Source: Octopus vulgaris | Lineage: Eukaryota | Length of the DNA: 64,000 bases | Direction: 5' to 3' | NCBI GenBank assembly: GCA_951406725.2 | Contig: OX597836.1 | Coordinates: 1,178,001 to 1,242,000 of the forward strand | Shown: positions 51,861-64,000 of the stretch, one piece after another | How positions within the stretch are numbered: position 1 is the stretch's first letter | Layout of the letters: each line of letters begins with the position of its first letter | Notes under the pieces: generated by a model | Told to the model about the DNA's origin: nothing | What the model saw: only the letters and a program-made list of their open reading frames with translations | The model's database searches: none | Position numbers and translations under genes: made by a program

Positions 51861-52744
51861 CGCACACAATCCACTCGCGCTTGCAACGTCGACGAATTCT
51901 CGAATGTTTCCTCGCAGAATTGAAGGAAGATGAACATTGATACCAAACTCTGGTGCCTCACTGGCTGGCAACTGGGAAGCGGGGGTGGGGGTAGGAAGTG
52001 GTTGTAGCTGGAGGTAGTGGTGTCGATGTCGATGGAGGTGGTGAGAATACGCCAAAGATACAAGGTGTGGATACTTCTCAAGTGATACGGAAGTGGGTGG
52101 GAGGCGTTGAGGGGGGGTAAGGCGATTGATGTAATTGTCGTTATCATCTTTATTGTTGTTGTTGTTGTTAGTTTTGTTGTGATTACAGTTTCACAAGACA
52201 TTTGCTTCAGTTAAAGTAATTTTTCTCTACATTCCTCAAATTCTTTAAAGTACTCAACTTAAAAACTGTTGCCGCTCTCGCGCGTTGCTGTTGTCAGTAT
52301 TTCCGTTGTGGTGGCGCTGCTGATGCTTCCTGCTTTTATTGTTGTTCTTGTTGCATCACATTTAGATCGAATCGATTTTCTCTCCGTGTAAGCAAATAAC
52401 TTGTAATGAAGCTAGCGATGAGGATCATAATGATGTTGATAATGTTGAGGAGATGGAGAAGGAGAGAAATTATGACGGTACCGATGATAAGGATAATGGT
52501 CATGTGGAAAAGAAAAGAGAAACCTCTTTGAAGCAAAAATGGTTGCGCATGGCTAATTTCTTTTTATCATCCATGTCCATAGACATGACATCTGATTGGT
52601 CATCTCCGCGCTGATGAAACAAGTGTAAACATTGGAATAAATATAATGCCCTTTACCCTATTCTCCAGTGTATGTATATATGTACATATGTGTGTGTATA
52701 TATGTGTGTGTGTATCGAGGGAAAGAATAAAGGGAAAATGAAAA

Positions 52745-53390
52745 AAAAGATTCTGACAATGTGGTAAGTTTCATAAATCCTTTATATATCCGGCGCAAAA
52801 GTTCCATCATCAGAAGAAAGCCAGTCTGAAAAATGTATCCAGGTTCCATTAAACCATTCCAATCGTTCAGCGTTAGCAGCAACAGTGACTCTTCAAATGT
52901 TGGTGTAATCGACTTTCCATGCGTTGATGGAAACAAAACATCCAAATGTTGCTGTAGGCTACTCACAATCGGTTGGATGATGTGGCGGCATTATATTAAT
53001 AGTAGTAGTAGTAGTAGTCATACTCCAAATGTCCGAATTTTGCCAGCTGTTGGTGTAGGCAAGGCTCAGATACTTCATTGTAGTTTGTTGCAACGTATAG
53101 ACACGTGGGGGTGGCGGTGGCATATATTATGGTGTTTGTTTCAGTTGCCGTGCTGTTTTCATAGGAGCTACCTGCTCAGCTCCGATCGACTGTTAATTTT
53201 CGGGTTGAGGCGGTGGATCAGTAAAGCTTCTTTTATTTGTAGATTGCCAGTGTTCCTCTCGAAGGCAAGTATGGAGGCGTCGATTTCTTGGTAGTGCTGC
53301 CACATTTGGTCAGATGTTTGCAGAAGGAAGAAGTGTTGGTAGTGAGACGCTCCTTAATTCGGACGTATAGTGGTCGTTTCTGTGCTACCG
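52745..53390 (-). mobile_element. Penelope-like element 3' remnant (GIY-YIG C-terminal half + 3' region)
   Basis: GST-KRPLYVRIKERL..FCKHL..C / ASILAFERNTGNLQIKEALLIHRLNPKINSRSEL*; degenerate CTGATGA...GAAAC...GTC at 52751-52818. Confidence 0.7.
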
Positions 53391-54053
53391 CACACACACA
53401 CGCAAATCCTTGTTTTATAGGTTTGTAAATTTCATGCGATGAATGAAGAAGACGAAAACTGTTCACAGAATCGAAATATCATTTAATATTTAAAGCAAGG
53501 TCTCCTTTACAATTTTGCAATTAAAACTGACTCCTCATAACATGTTCACTCGTCTTCTATTTCCTTCCATACAGATGCCGAGATAGAAATGTCCGTCTTT
53601 TCCTCTTGCGTTTTCTGCCTCTGACTGTCTGTCTGTCTCTCCTCCTCTTCCTCTCTCTCTGTCTGTCTACATACGTATATATATATAGAGAGAAAGGAGT
53701 GAGTGAGTGAGAGAGAAAGGAGTGAGTGAGAGAGAAAGGAGTGAGAGAGAGAGAGGGGGTGGGTGAAAGAAAATCTTACGTTCATACGTATACGCATACA
53801 TGCAAACAAACATACGCAAATATAACAAAAACAAATGTATGCTTAAGAATGCACCAAAATAGATAGATACAATCTACAAACATGCATACAAACATACGTA
53901 CCTACATACACACATATACACGCATCATACATTCACACATACACAGATACGTACATACAGATACACACACATGCATACATACGTATACACATCTATTCAT
54001 ACAAATATGCATGCATACATGCACGGATGCAGATACACACGAACAGACACACG

Positions 54054-54085
<32 letters not shown>

Positions 54086-55199
54086 CATACACCCCATCTT
54101 ATCCTACACACCGACTTTAAACATTCCTGTTCTCCGTTGTCTCCTTTTGCAGTCTCAAAGACATTTTAATAGACAAATGAAGCCTGCAAGCGAATTGAAC
54201 TGTTCTTGTGTAATTTCTTGAGCAAGTTAAAGATTTTGGAATCAATTAATGAATGTCTAATTATGAATGTGAGGAAATTGATTGTAGAAATCTCGAAATT
54301 CACTGACGACAGAAGACACAAACCGGAAATCCATTGTTGCTTCTTCTATGAAACGTTGGATCGTTGTTCGTTTGCTTGCTTCGAGTTTTCTGCTTCTTTA
54401 TCTCTCCTTCTCTCTCTCTCTCTCTCTCTCTCTCTTGCGCTCTCTTACACTCTCCCTCTCTCGCTCGAGCTTTTTGTCTCCCTTCGACTCCGCCTCTCAC
54501 CCAGTCTATACATGCTTGTCTGCGCGTGTGTTTGTATATATAAATATATATATATATATATGTGTACATTTACACGCATATCTACACGTATACAACCTTG
54601 TGTGCGTGTGCGCGTGTTAATGAATATCTGCCCTCTCTTTCACTATTTATATATCTACAATATGTATACACATATATATGTATGTATGTATGTATATATA
54701 TGAGCGCTGGAATGACAGTGTGGTGAAGAATTTCGTTTGTCACCCACGAGGTTTCTTATTCAGTTCCTGTGCGCTGCAATGCTTTTCACTGTGACTCCAA
54801 GACAGCCCCAAAAATGTCAATGTATTTGGTAGACGGAGACTAGCTCTGAGCGCGCGCGTGTGTGTGTGTCTGTCTGTCTATGTTTGAGTGTGTGTGAGTA
54901 TATATAGAGAGGAAGAGAGAGATGAATATATATATATTTATATGTATGTGCACACACATAGATATGCTTGTGCGTATACGCGTGTTTGTCTGTGTATAGA
55001 GAGAGTGGAAGATGGAGAGAAAGAAATATATATATACACACACACATAGGTGTGTGTTTGTGTGTGTGTTGTTTGTCTTTGTCTTCCAATTGCATTCTAA
55101 TTAGAAAAGCCTCACCGTCATAGAAAGCAGCGTCGTTTCGTCTGCAATCTGCTGTGATGTCATGCTTAGCTTTTGTGCTGCTCACGCAGGAAGGCCTTG

Positions 55200-55332
55200 C
55201 TGAAATTCTATCTTAAATGCGAACAGGTGAGGGTTGATGTCAGGAAGGGCGTCCGCTGGTAGAAAATCTGCCTCAATGTATTTGGACTCGTTCATATAGA
55301 CATGGAACAGTGACCATTAGACGATGATGATT
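55200..55332 (+). mobile_element. SINE/LINE-related 3' tail fragment
   Basis: CAGGTGAGGGTTGATGTCAGGAAGGGCGTCCG..GTAGAAAATCTGCC ending in (GAT)n. Confidence 0.5.
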
Positions 55333-55498
55333 ATGGAGTTGTTGATATATATATATACATATATGCACACACACACATAGATAGTATAGATACATAAATC
55401 GAAGCCAGTGGTTTGATTTACTCAACATAGCAACCAATCTACCGTCTTAGAACGAAAGAACGAAAGGAAAGAAGAATGGAAGAAGGAAACATAGAAAG

Positions 55499-55573
<75 letters not shown>

Positions 55574-56611
55574 TATTTACATTATTTTAGAATATTTTCT
55601 CAAATGCCTTATCTTCAAATAAAACCAGGTTGACCATGAGTGGAATCAGGGAATGATCTATAGGAAATTAATATCACCGCCATCTCTCAACATTATTTGC
55701 AAACAGTGTGCAGATGCAAGTGCTAATAATTGAAAGCTCCGCCCACCGGGCACTGGTAGTCTCATGGGGTCATCAGGAGAACTGCGATCCGTTTCGAGGC
55801 ATTATTGCGTACCCGGCACCCGTCATGGAAGTGACTCCCCGCTTCCGGGATTAAATGGTTATTAGGATTCACTCAGTATTCTTCTACTTATTGCTCATCG
55901 TCTGTTTTAGCTAAATCCAGTGGTTGACCTTCTCCACTCTAGCCAGGATATCACTCATAATGGTGTTTGCTTTAGGATAAGCCAGGCCAGAGCGACAACG
56001 CCCGATTGCCTCACACTGTTTCCAATGAGTCTTCTACATCCAAATTCGATGGGACGATTGTCTGGTCATCACAGCGACCATGTCACCCTTAAATTAGATT
56101 CTACTGTCTTTCAAAGAAAAATAGATCTGCGTTCTTCGGTTCTTACTACAAGTTTCGCCTTCTTCTCTGTGCTTGGTGACAATGAAGATGTGATACTGAA
56201 ATCCAGACCATGTTTATTTACCACGCCCACTTCTCATAAAATTTACATGGCAGTAAGCTCCGCCCACAACTTTCACTGCACACGATACATGAACAGGTGA
56301 CTGGTGTTTTTGTTAAAAGACGAAATGCAAAATCTTCTGTACTTTGGCCAACGTTCAGCTAAATAATATGGTGGTGGCGCATTAGCCAGGAGGCGGAGGA
56401 TAGTTACCTGTCTTTCTTTGTTAAAGGGACACGTAAAGGGGTGGAAGTGATTGGCGAGGATGGAGTGAAGAAGGAGACAGAAGCAGGTTGTGGGAGGGGA
56501 GAAAGAAGTAAACAGATGCAGAGAGAGAATATGAAAGTGTAAGAGCAACATGTATATTTATATGCAGAGAAAAAGAGAAAGAGTGAGAGAGAGAGGGGGA
56601 AGAGAGATAGA

Positions 56612-56670
<59 letters not shown>

Positions 56671-56829
56671 TACAGACGGACAGAGTAAACTGCAGAGAGA
56701 GCAAGATGTTAAAAGAAAATTAAAACGAAATTAATCATATTCTTTTCAATTATCGAGAAAAATTCTTTGCCCCGTTAATGACTTAATCAATATAGAATTT
56801 GATCTGTGTTCTCCTGGAACGATATAAAC

Positions 56830-57080
56830 GGCTGGGTACTCCTAGACAGAGTCTGGATTCATCTAGATAGGTATGGACAGTGAAACAATCCTGGACCAAG
56901 GTAGATGCTCATGTAATGCTAGAGAATAGATTTTTGAGTACTCCTGGATAGACGTAGACGCTCGAGTACTTGTGGACAGAGTAGACGCATCGGTACTTCT
57001 GGTAAGAACCATAGACTGAGTACTCGGGAAAGGACGAATACTTGGAGACTAAAGAATAGAGACAGACATTTGAGTATTTC
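56830..57080. repeat. Degenerate ~28-bp minisatellite
   Basis: Recurrent GAGTACT(C/T)..GGA(C/T)AGA.TAGACGC units. Confidence 0.55.
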
Positions 57081-57183
57081 TTGACAAAAGAGTTAACGAA
57101 TTTACTTCGAGGTAGAAACAGACAGTTGAATAGTCTTAGACAAGAGACGACGCTTAAGTATTATGAAGACAATAGAAAGAATC

Positions 57184-57240
<57 letters not shown>

Positions 57241-58214
57241 TATGTGGTCGAAGGACATGCTAGAAAAAATAACTAGATTTCCCTCGTAATGCAATTCACA
57301 GTCTTGTATATAAAGACAACGCGATTCTACAATAATAAAAACAGCAGAAACAACTGTAAAAATATCAGTTACAACGATTATAAAAAAATACAACAACAAT
57401 AGCACAACGACAATAACAAACCACAGGAATAACAAATGCAAAACACTACAATCACAATAATATCAAGAAGAAGAACAAATAAAGCAACAACAATAGACTA
57501 AATGAAGAAATATCTGTTTTGAAAGAAGAGAAAAAGAAGAAGAAAAGAAAAGATGAAGAAATGTGGAAAAGGTCAGGTTTGTTTTTTTGCGTAATTTGGT
57601 CGGAGACTGAATTTGTGTGACGGGAAGTTCACAGCTGAGGAAAAAGCGTTTGATGTCAGGTCTTGGAGAATTTGGGATGACCTGAAAACAACAAGAACAA
57701 GAACAATACCACCGTCGCCACCACCAACCACAACAACAACAACAGTAGAAAAATGAATAACGAGAAGGCTCTGCATTGAGATATGTCCATTTATTAGTTA
57801 ACCTTTGATTGTTTCTAACCTGGCAGGTAGCGGTGGTGGTGGCGGTGCTGATGGAAGCGGAGGTAATGGTGGTGATGGCGATGATGATGATGTTGGGGAC
57901 GAAGATGATAGTGATGACGGTGGTGATACTGTTGTTGATATCTCTGATGATGAGAATAATGATGATGATGATGATGATGATGACGTCAACGATCTTCAAA
58001 TGCACTCTCGTACATATCTTTCTCTAACCGATATTTGCTGGCCATTGCTATTCCCTCCCCCTCACTCCCCACCGTTGACCATTGACCTCCAAAATGACCA
58101 AAGCGATTGAACCTCAGCACATTAATTTCAAGACATCAATTCCTCTCCCCCCATCCACTGGCAATCTCACAAAGAAGCATATCTTCAACAACAACAACAA
58201 CAACAACAACAGCA

Positions 58215-58650
58215 GCAGCAGCAGGCCATACTACGGCATCGCTTTAAGGGGTTCAGTCACCCAAATAAGCGCCAGTATGCCCTAGTATGGCCTGCTTTGT
58301 TTGATGACCGGTGTTGTTTTGTTTACGTTCCAGTAACGTAGCGATTCAACAAAAGAGAATGACATTAAAAGATGATCTTTTAATGTCATTCTCTTTTGTT
58401 GAATCACTACGTTACTGGAACGTAAACAAAACAACACCGGTCGTCAAACAAAGTAACGCTCACGCACGCACACATACATGCATATATAAATACACAACAG
58501 GCTTCCGTCTAATTTCCATCTACCAAATCCACTCTGAAAGAATTCGTTGGCAGGGGGCTGTATTAGAAAGCACTTAGGCGCCGTACTATGGGACTGAAAC
58601 CGAACATTGCAGTTACAGAGAGGACCTCTTCACCACACAGCCATGTCCGA
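58215..58650 (-). mobile_element. SINE family 2 copy containing a fold-back duplication
   Basis: TTTCCATCTACCAAATCCACTC and GGGACTGAAACC...ACCACACAGCCA head on the minus strand. Confidence 0.7.
58295..58453. repeat. 159-bp near-perfect palindrome (79-bp arms, 1-nt spacer, 2 mismatches)
   Basis: CTTTGTTTGATGACCGGTG...ATTAAAAGAT-G-ATCTTTTAAT...CACCGGTCGTCAAACAAAG, centred on 58374. Confidence 0.97.
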
Positions 58651-60048
58651 AATAGCAGCTAAATATCCCTCACTCACGTCACACCGTCTTTTAACATTAT
58701 GTCTGTATAAAAGACAAGATGGCCGCTGCTCTGGCGAGGTTTGAACTTCGACAAACTTGGCAAAATATATTCCTCCATCACACCTTGTCACTCAAAGTGT
58801 ATGCAAGGAGACATTGGATGATGTGGTCCTAGATACACGATGCCTAAACACACTACGATCTGATGGTTTTCACCCTCAACGCGTTCAAGCTTCTCTCAAT
58901 CACACGCCATAGATTCTGTAATGTTGATCGAGATATCAGTGATGGTCATGGCTGGAATGCCTTTAGTTATGGGTTTTACGCTGTCGGTATTGATAAGGAA
59001 TGGAGTTTAAAAAAAACCCCCAACAACCTTTGATCCGAAGTCAGGAGTTCGATCAAAGCTGAACTAAGGCCGATATAATTACAAAATCTGCGGCGGCGGC
59101 GGCAGCGACACCTCCGCCATCAACAGCAACAGCGCTGATACCATCAGCAGCACCACGATTACCATCAGCAACAAAAACAACAAATAAAACAAGAAGGCAA
59201 AACGAAAAGCAGCAAGAAGAAGTCTATTGGCGTTGATGCAATATGGGAGGATTGGTTGGTTATTGAGTAAGAAAAAGGGGGGCGGTTGGTGTGGGACGAT
59301 CTACGGGGAAATGGGAAGGTTGCGGCTGGGAGGGGGGAAGGAGGAGAAGAAAGGAGATGGAGAAAGAAAGACAGGAAGGAGAAAAGGGATAAGAAGGAAG
59401 AATAGAATGAAAGGAGACGGAGAAGTCGGAGAAAGAGAAAGGAAAACAAGTAGAGGGAGAATAATAATAATAAGAAGAAGGAGGAAGAAGAAGAAGAAAA
59501 ACAAGAAGAAAGAGAAGAAGGAGAAGGAAAAAAAAAAGAAGAAGAAGAAGAAGAAGAAGAAGAAGAAGAAGAAGAAGGAGGTGGTGGTGGTGGTGGTGGT
59601 GGTGGTGGTGGTGGATGTAAAGTCGATCTAAAGCTCAGCAGTTGTAGAGAAAGTTTCGGTTGTAGCAACGAATGTAAATAGTGTTTCTAAGTGTTTGGCC
59701 GTTTACACAATCTCTGAAATCTCTTCAAGTGAAGTGGGTCTCTTCTTGCTTATTTATTCGCCGCTTCGTCCCCTTCACTCTCTTCCCCCAACACAACCGC
59801 TCTCTCTCTCTCTCTCTCTCTCTCACTTTTTGCTCTCTCAGCTCTCTCTCTCTCTTTTATATATTCTCTCTCTCCCTCTCTCCTCTGTGTCTCTCTTAAG
59901 CTCGATCCTCCTGTGTAGGCATATATACACACGTGCATTTGTGCAACTATACGCGTGTGCGTATGGATATATTAGCATGCGTTTCTGAATATATGTATGC
60001 ATATATGAATGTGCGAGCGTGTATATGCACACACACACAGATATTTCA

Positions 60049-60083
<35 letters not shown>

Positions 60084-60259
60084 TACGCAGACGTGTGCAT
60101 ACATCCACACGCACATATATGCATACCCCTCTGCACAAACACACACACATATATATAAATATGTGCATATATATAGATATATATTAATACACATGGAAAT
60201 GTTTAGATACATACACGCACGTGGATCTTATTTATTAAAAAAGTGATTCGGGACAATCG

Positions 60260-60810
60260 GCCATACTGTTTCGTTTAGAGTGTTATCAATTTTCCAATCA
60301 CTGATATGTGAAGGGCCAGAGGTTATGGTATTCTGCTCAAGGTCGAGACGAATATACCAGAATATGAGGCTTTCAATAAACACGCCGACGGGAAATAACA
60401 TCATTAGGTGAGACAAGCTGACTGTCAGGTGACGGTCGTTTAGAAAAAGCGCGGGCTAAAACTACGCGCCTTCACTAGTCAGTTAAGGTGAGATAGTGTC
60501 ACGTGACAACTTTTTGAGGCTGCCTGCTGGAGCCTAGAGGCAGGTATTTAAACGGGGAAATTTGACAAGACAGTCAGTCACCGGCTGACGATACATCGAA
60601 GAGGCTAGGGAACAGAAGAAAGAAGAAGAAAGAAGACATGCACCCAACACCAGAGCTGAAGACACCTCCGAAAGTGGGGGCCCCGCCACGTCAAAACGGT
60701 AGAGGAGTAGGGGCCGAAACCGGACGTGGTTCCTCCTGATGATGTCTTGAGCTAACTGGATCCTATAAAGGAGCTGTTGTGGTAGCAGACCACGAAACAC
60801 GGTTGTAATT
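60260..60810 (+). mobile_element. Probable decayed PLE 3' end
   Basis: HTVSFRVLS...IYQNMRLSINTPTG resembles a GIY-YIG C-terminus; downstream TATTTAAA and CTGAAGA/CTGATGA...GAAAC motifs. Confidence 0.4.
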
Positions 60811-60859
60811 TCTCCTCTGCTTTAAGTATGACACAGATATATATCTATATGCGCGACAG

Positions 60860-61235
60860 CGTGGAACGAATGTTGCTTACTAACCACATTCTTCCAGATT
60901 CAGCCCCACAGTGTGGCATCTTGGTCAAATGTCCTTTACTATAAGCTTGGGCCAATCAAACACTTGTAGTGGATATGATAGTTAGAACCTGAAAGAAGCC
61001 TGTCGTTTATATATGAGCGTAGGCGAGTGTGTGTGTGTGTGTGTATCGATGTGTTTACACCCGAATTGTGGTAACCGCTGTTCGTTTGTATGCGTCACTG
61101 TAATTTAGAGGTTCCGCAAATAATGAGCAATCGAATAAGTATCTGGTTTGAAATGTAAATACTGAGCATGATTTGTTCGACTAACCCAGGATGGTGCTAC
61201 ACCACAGCTGCACTCCAGTGACTCGAAGATGTAAC
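60860..61235 (+). mobile_element. SINE family 2 (degenerate)
   Basis: GTGGCATCTTGGTCAAATGTCCTTTACTATA, GTGGATATG..CTGAAAGAAGCC, TTGTTCGACTAA. Confidence 0.7.
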
Positions 61236-61261
61236 AGGATATATGTATATGTGTGTGTGTG

Positions 61262-61298
<37 letters not shown>

Positions 61299-61427
61299 TA
61301 TAAATAAGGGCTAAAGAAAATTATTTATGAGTTGTTTATAATTTTAACCTTAAATTTTTTTTAATATGCTGCCACATTTTTTGATGGAATTTTTTTCTGT
61401 AAAAAACTTCATCCTATATTATTAGTA

Positions 61428-61499
<72 letters not shown>

Positions 61500-61551
61500 T
61501 GTGCATTAGTTTACTTGTAATCTTCAATATATATATATATATATATATATA

Positions 61552-61921
61552 CTAGCAGTATCGCCCGGCGTTGCTCAGGTTTGTAAGGGAACTAACTATA
61601 AAGCATTTTTAGAGAGTTATAGCCAAAAAATAGCAAAAAAATGATGGTAAATTTTTTTTTGAGTTAAAAAAGGTTGAGTTGCGTCCCCTAGACAGTCTGT
61701 GGATTGTTTCTGATTCTCGACCCCATGTCGATTTTATCGATTTTTTCAGAACTGGGGGAACTTTTCAAAATTTTCGCTGCGTTAGTTTTGAATTATGACA
61801 TTGGGCTATGTGTGTGTCAAGTTTCATCAGATTCGGTTAAAAGCCGTGGTCAGGGTGAGGGTACAAGCAAACAGACACACAGAAACACGCACAGACAAAC
61901 TGCCGTTTATATATAGAGAGA
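61552..61921 (-). mobile_element. Non-autonomous Helitron
   Basis: Minus strand starts TCTCTCTATATATAAA and ends with hairpin CCTGAGCAACGCCGGG then GCTAG; inserted between A and T, no TSD. Confidence 0.8.
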
Positions 61922-61974
61922 TACACATATAGTGAAAATTTACAAAAAGAAAACAACGACGCTCTTCAACAGAA

Positions 61975-62262
61975 AGGATGTCCAATGGACGATGCTGAGT
62001 TGTCAAACATTTAAACCAAATTTTCTCAAAACAGGAGATTCTCTCAGAATGATGGTTATAGCTGATGTACTTGCGCGTACAAATGCACGTTCCCACGGCT
62101 TTATCGACCGCATTCTCAGCTAGAATTGATTTTTGAAATTTTTTCCAGACTTATACACGCCCTGATACCGTCGGTATCTACATATCAAATTTGAGCGCCA
62201 TCGGATGGAAGATGCCCGAGATCCTAGAAGACACACAGACAGACAGAACGGATTATATATAA
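61975..62262 (-). mobile_element. Partial second Helitron-like element
   Basis: CAAATTTGAGCG..ATCGGATG...ACAGACAGACAGA..ATTATATATA parallels the right half of 61552-61921. Confidence 0.5.
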
Positions 62263-62864
62263 TATAATATAATATATATATATATATGTAGCAAAAACGT
62301 GTGAAATCGCTGGTACAGTTATTAAGTATATTTGAGAAGGGGAAATAATGACTTGACTGGTAGTTCTAACCAATTTAATCTTTTTAATAATGTAATTTTA
62401 TAGATTTACAAACCAAACTGTATAATTAATTATATTATCAAAAGATTTAATTGATCAGAACAGTTCAGCAATTTTCTTTCATTTCATTCGATTCTTATCT
62501 AGATTCATTTAACCGTTAGCCAATAAAAAGCCTCGTTGTGTTTGAACGTAGGCCCGTGCAACAGCTGGCTTCCGATATTTCATTGGCTGAAACAGGCTGA
62601 GTTCCAGCTCTAAATCTCTGACATTGTTTGGTCGCTGGGACTTTTCTGATTTTCCTTAACTCTCTTCCATGTTGGTCGTATTTCGAGGTAAGCTGGCTTC
62701 TAGCTGTTCGTCTGTGAGTGTGTATATAAATATGCTACACCCACTCATACATAAGCACACACGCACACATACACGCATACTCCATGTGTGTATGTATGTA
62801 TGTATCTCTGCGGTTGCATAATTTCAGACTGTTCAAGATTGGATGGTGTCTATCTGCCAATCTC

Positions 62865-62884
62865 TTCTGTCTCTCTCTCCTTCT

Positions 62885-62937
<53 letters not shown>

Positions 62938-63255
62938 CGTGTCTACCTCTCTCTCTCTATCTGTCTATCCGTGTCTACCTCTCTCTCTCTATCTGTCTAT
63001 CTCTCCGGCTGTCTGTATATCTCTCTATATACATTTGTCTGTCTCTGTATCTATCAATATCTCTCTCTATCTGACTGTGTCTCTCTCTGTCAGTCTCTTT
63101 CTCTCTCTCTCTCTGTCAGTTTCTATATGTCTGTTTGCATATCTGTCTCTCTATCTGTCTGTCTGTCTCTCTCCGTCCGTCTGTCTGTCTGTCTGTCTGT
63201 CTCTGTCTGTCTGTCTCTCTCTCTGTCTCTCTCTCTCACTCACTCTGTCTATGTC
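62865..63255. repeat. Polypyrimidine (CT/CTGT/CTAT) tract
   Basis: Direct inspection. Confidence 0.9.
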
Positions 63256-63534
63256 TGTTGTGTATTGTATGTGTGTGTGTGTGTTTATGTTAGTCTAGGA
63301 AAGAGTGTATTCAAAGCCCCTCTTTCTACGAATGTCAACTCTATCACCGCACCCTTTATTCCGCAACACCCCTCTTTGCTGTTTACCCCGTGTATCCACC
63401 CGACTCACACAACCAAGTTACATCTGTCAGCACCCGTTCACTGTTGCACATAAACATTTAAGCATATTTAAATGTCATGTGGTGTATTTATTGGGGTGGG
63501 TGGCTTTTATTGGGGTGGGTGGCTTTGGGGTGGA

Positions 63535-64000
63535 TGTCGTGTTGTGGTGGTAGTGGTGGTCGTGATGCTGGTGGTGGTGATGGTTGTAGCAGTGGTGATT
63601 GTGATGGAGGTTGTAGAAGTGGTGGTGGTGGTTACAGGGGAGGTTGTGGTGGTGGAGGTAGTGGTTGTGATGGTGGTGGTTGTCGAATAGGTGTTTGTGC
63701 TTGTTGTTGTTGTAATGGTGATTGTGGTGATGGCGTTTGTTGCAGTGTTTGCTGTGGTGGTGGCTGTGGTGTTAGTGTAATGATGGTCGTGGTGGAGGCT
63801 GTCGTCCTTGTGATCATAGTAGTCATAGTTACAGATGTGACTGTAGTACCAACATATCCGGTTGTTATGTTTATGCAATCAGTGCAAGTAGTTGTAGCTG
63901 TAGTAGTAGCGGCAGTAGTTGCAGTAGTAGCAACAGCAGTAGTAGCAGCAGCAGTAGTAGTAGCAGCAGTAGTAGTAGTGTTGGTGATTATAATGGAACA
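63535..64000. repeat. Degenerate (GTG/GTA/GCA) trinucleotide repeats
   Basis: Direct inspection. Confidence 0.9.

Noticed and set aside
51246-52201. Multiple 150-300 aa YI/HT/CV ORFs here and throughout the window
   Set aside because: Microsatellite translations that lack stop codons by construction.
57805-58110. Gly/Asp-rich ORF
   Set aside because: Derived from GGT/GAT trinucleotide repeats; no recognisable homology.
63507-63878. Mucin-like Thr-rich ORF
   Set aside because: Degenerate (ACC/ACA) repeat of a kind common in this DNA; no supporting gene structure.

Overview
AT-rich, microsatellite-saturated eukaryotic non-coding DNA; the repeat repertoire resembles octopus/coleoid cephalopod genomes (inference). 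No intact host gene is identifiable, and nearly all listed ORFs are translations of simple repeats. The recognisable content is a set of decayed transposons: R4/Dong-type RLE LINE fragments in (TAA)n tracts, a 5'-truncated Neptune-type Penelope-like element (RT C-terminus, Zn-finger linker, GIY-YIG) and other PLE remnants, several mariner copies (one full length), a mariner MITE, a pogo/Tigger-like MITE, a hAT deletion derivative, non-autonomous Helitrons, a CR1 3' end, and many copies of two tRNA-headed SINE families. The most notable hidden layer is a set of minimal type-I hammerhead ribozyme motifs: six well-formed and two degenerate loci, three with a non-canonical CCGACGA (U4C) core, mostly in PLE termini or short microsatellite-embedded elements. 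A 159-bp near-perfect palindrome and candidate RFX/CCAAT/GC-box regulatory islands are also present. Coordinates were read by eye, and boundaries of decayed elements are approximate.
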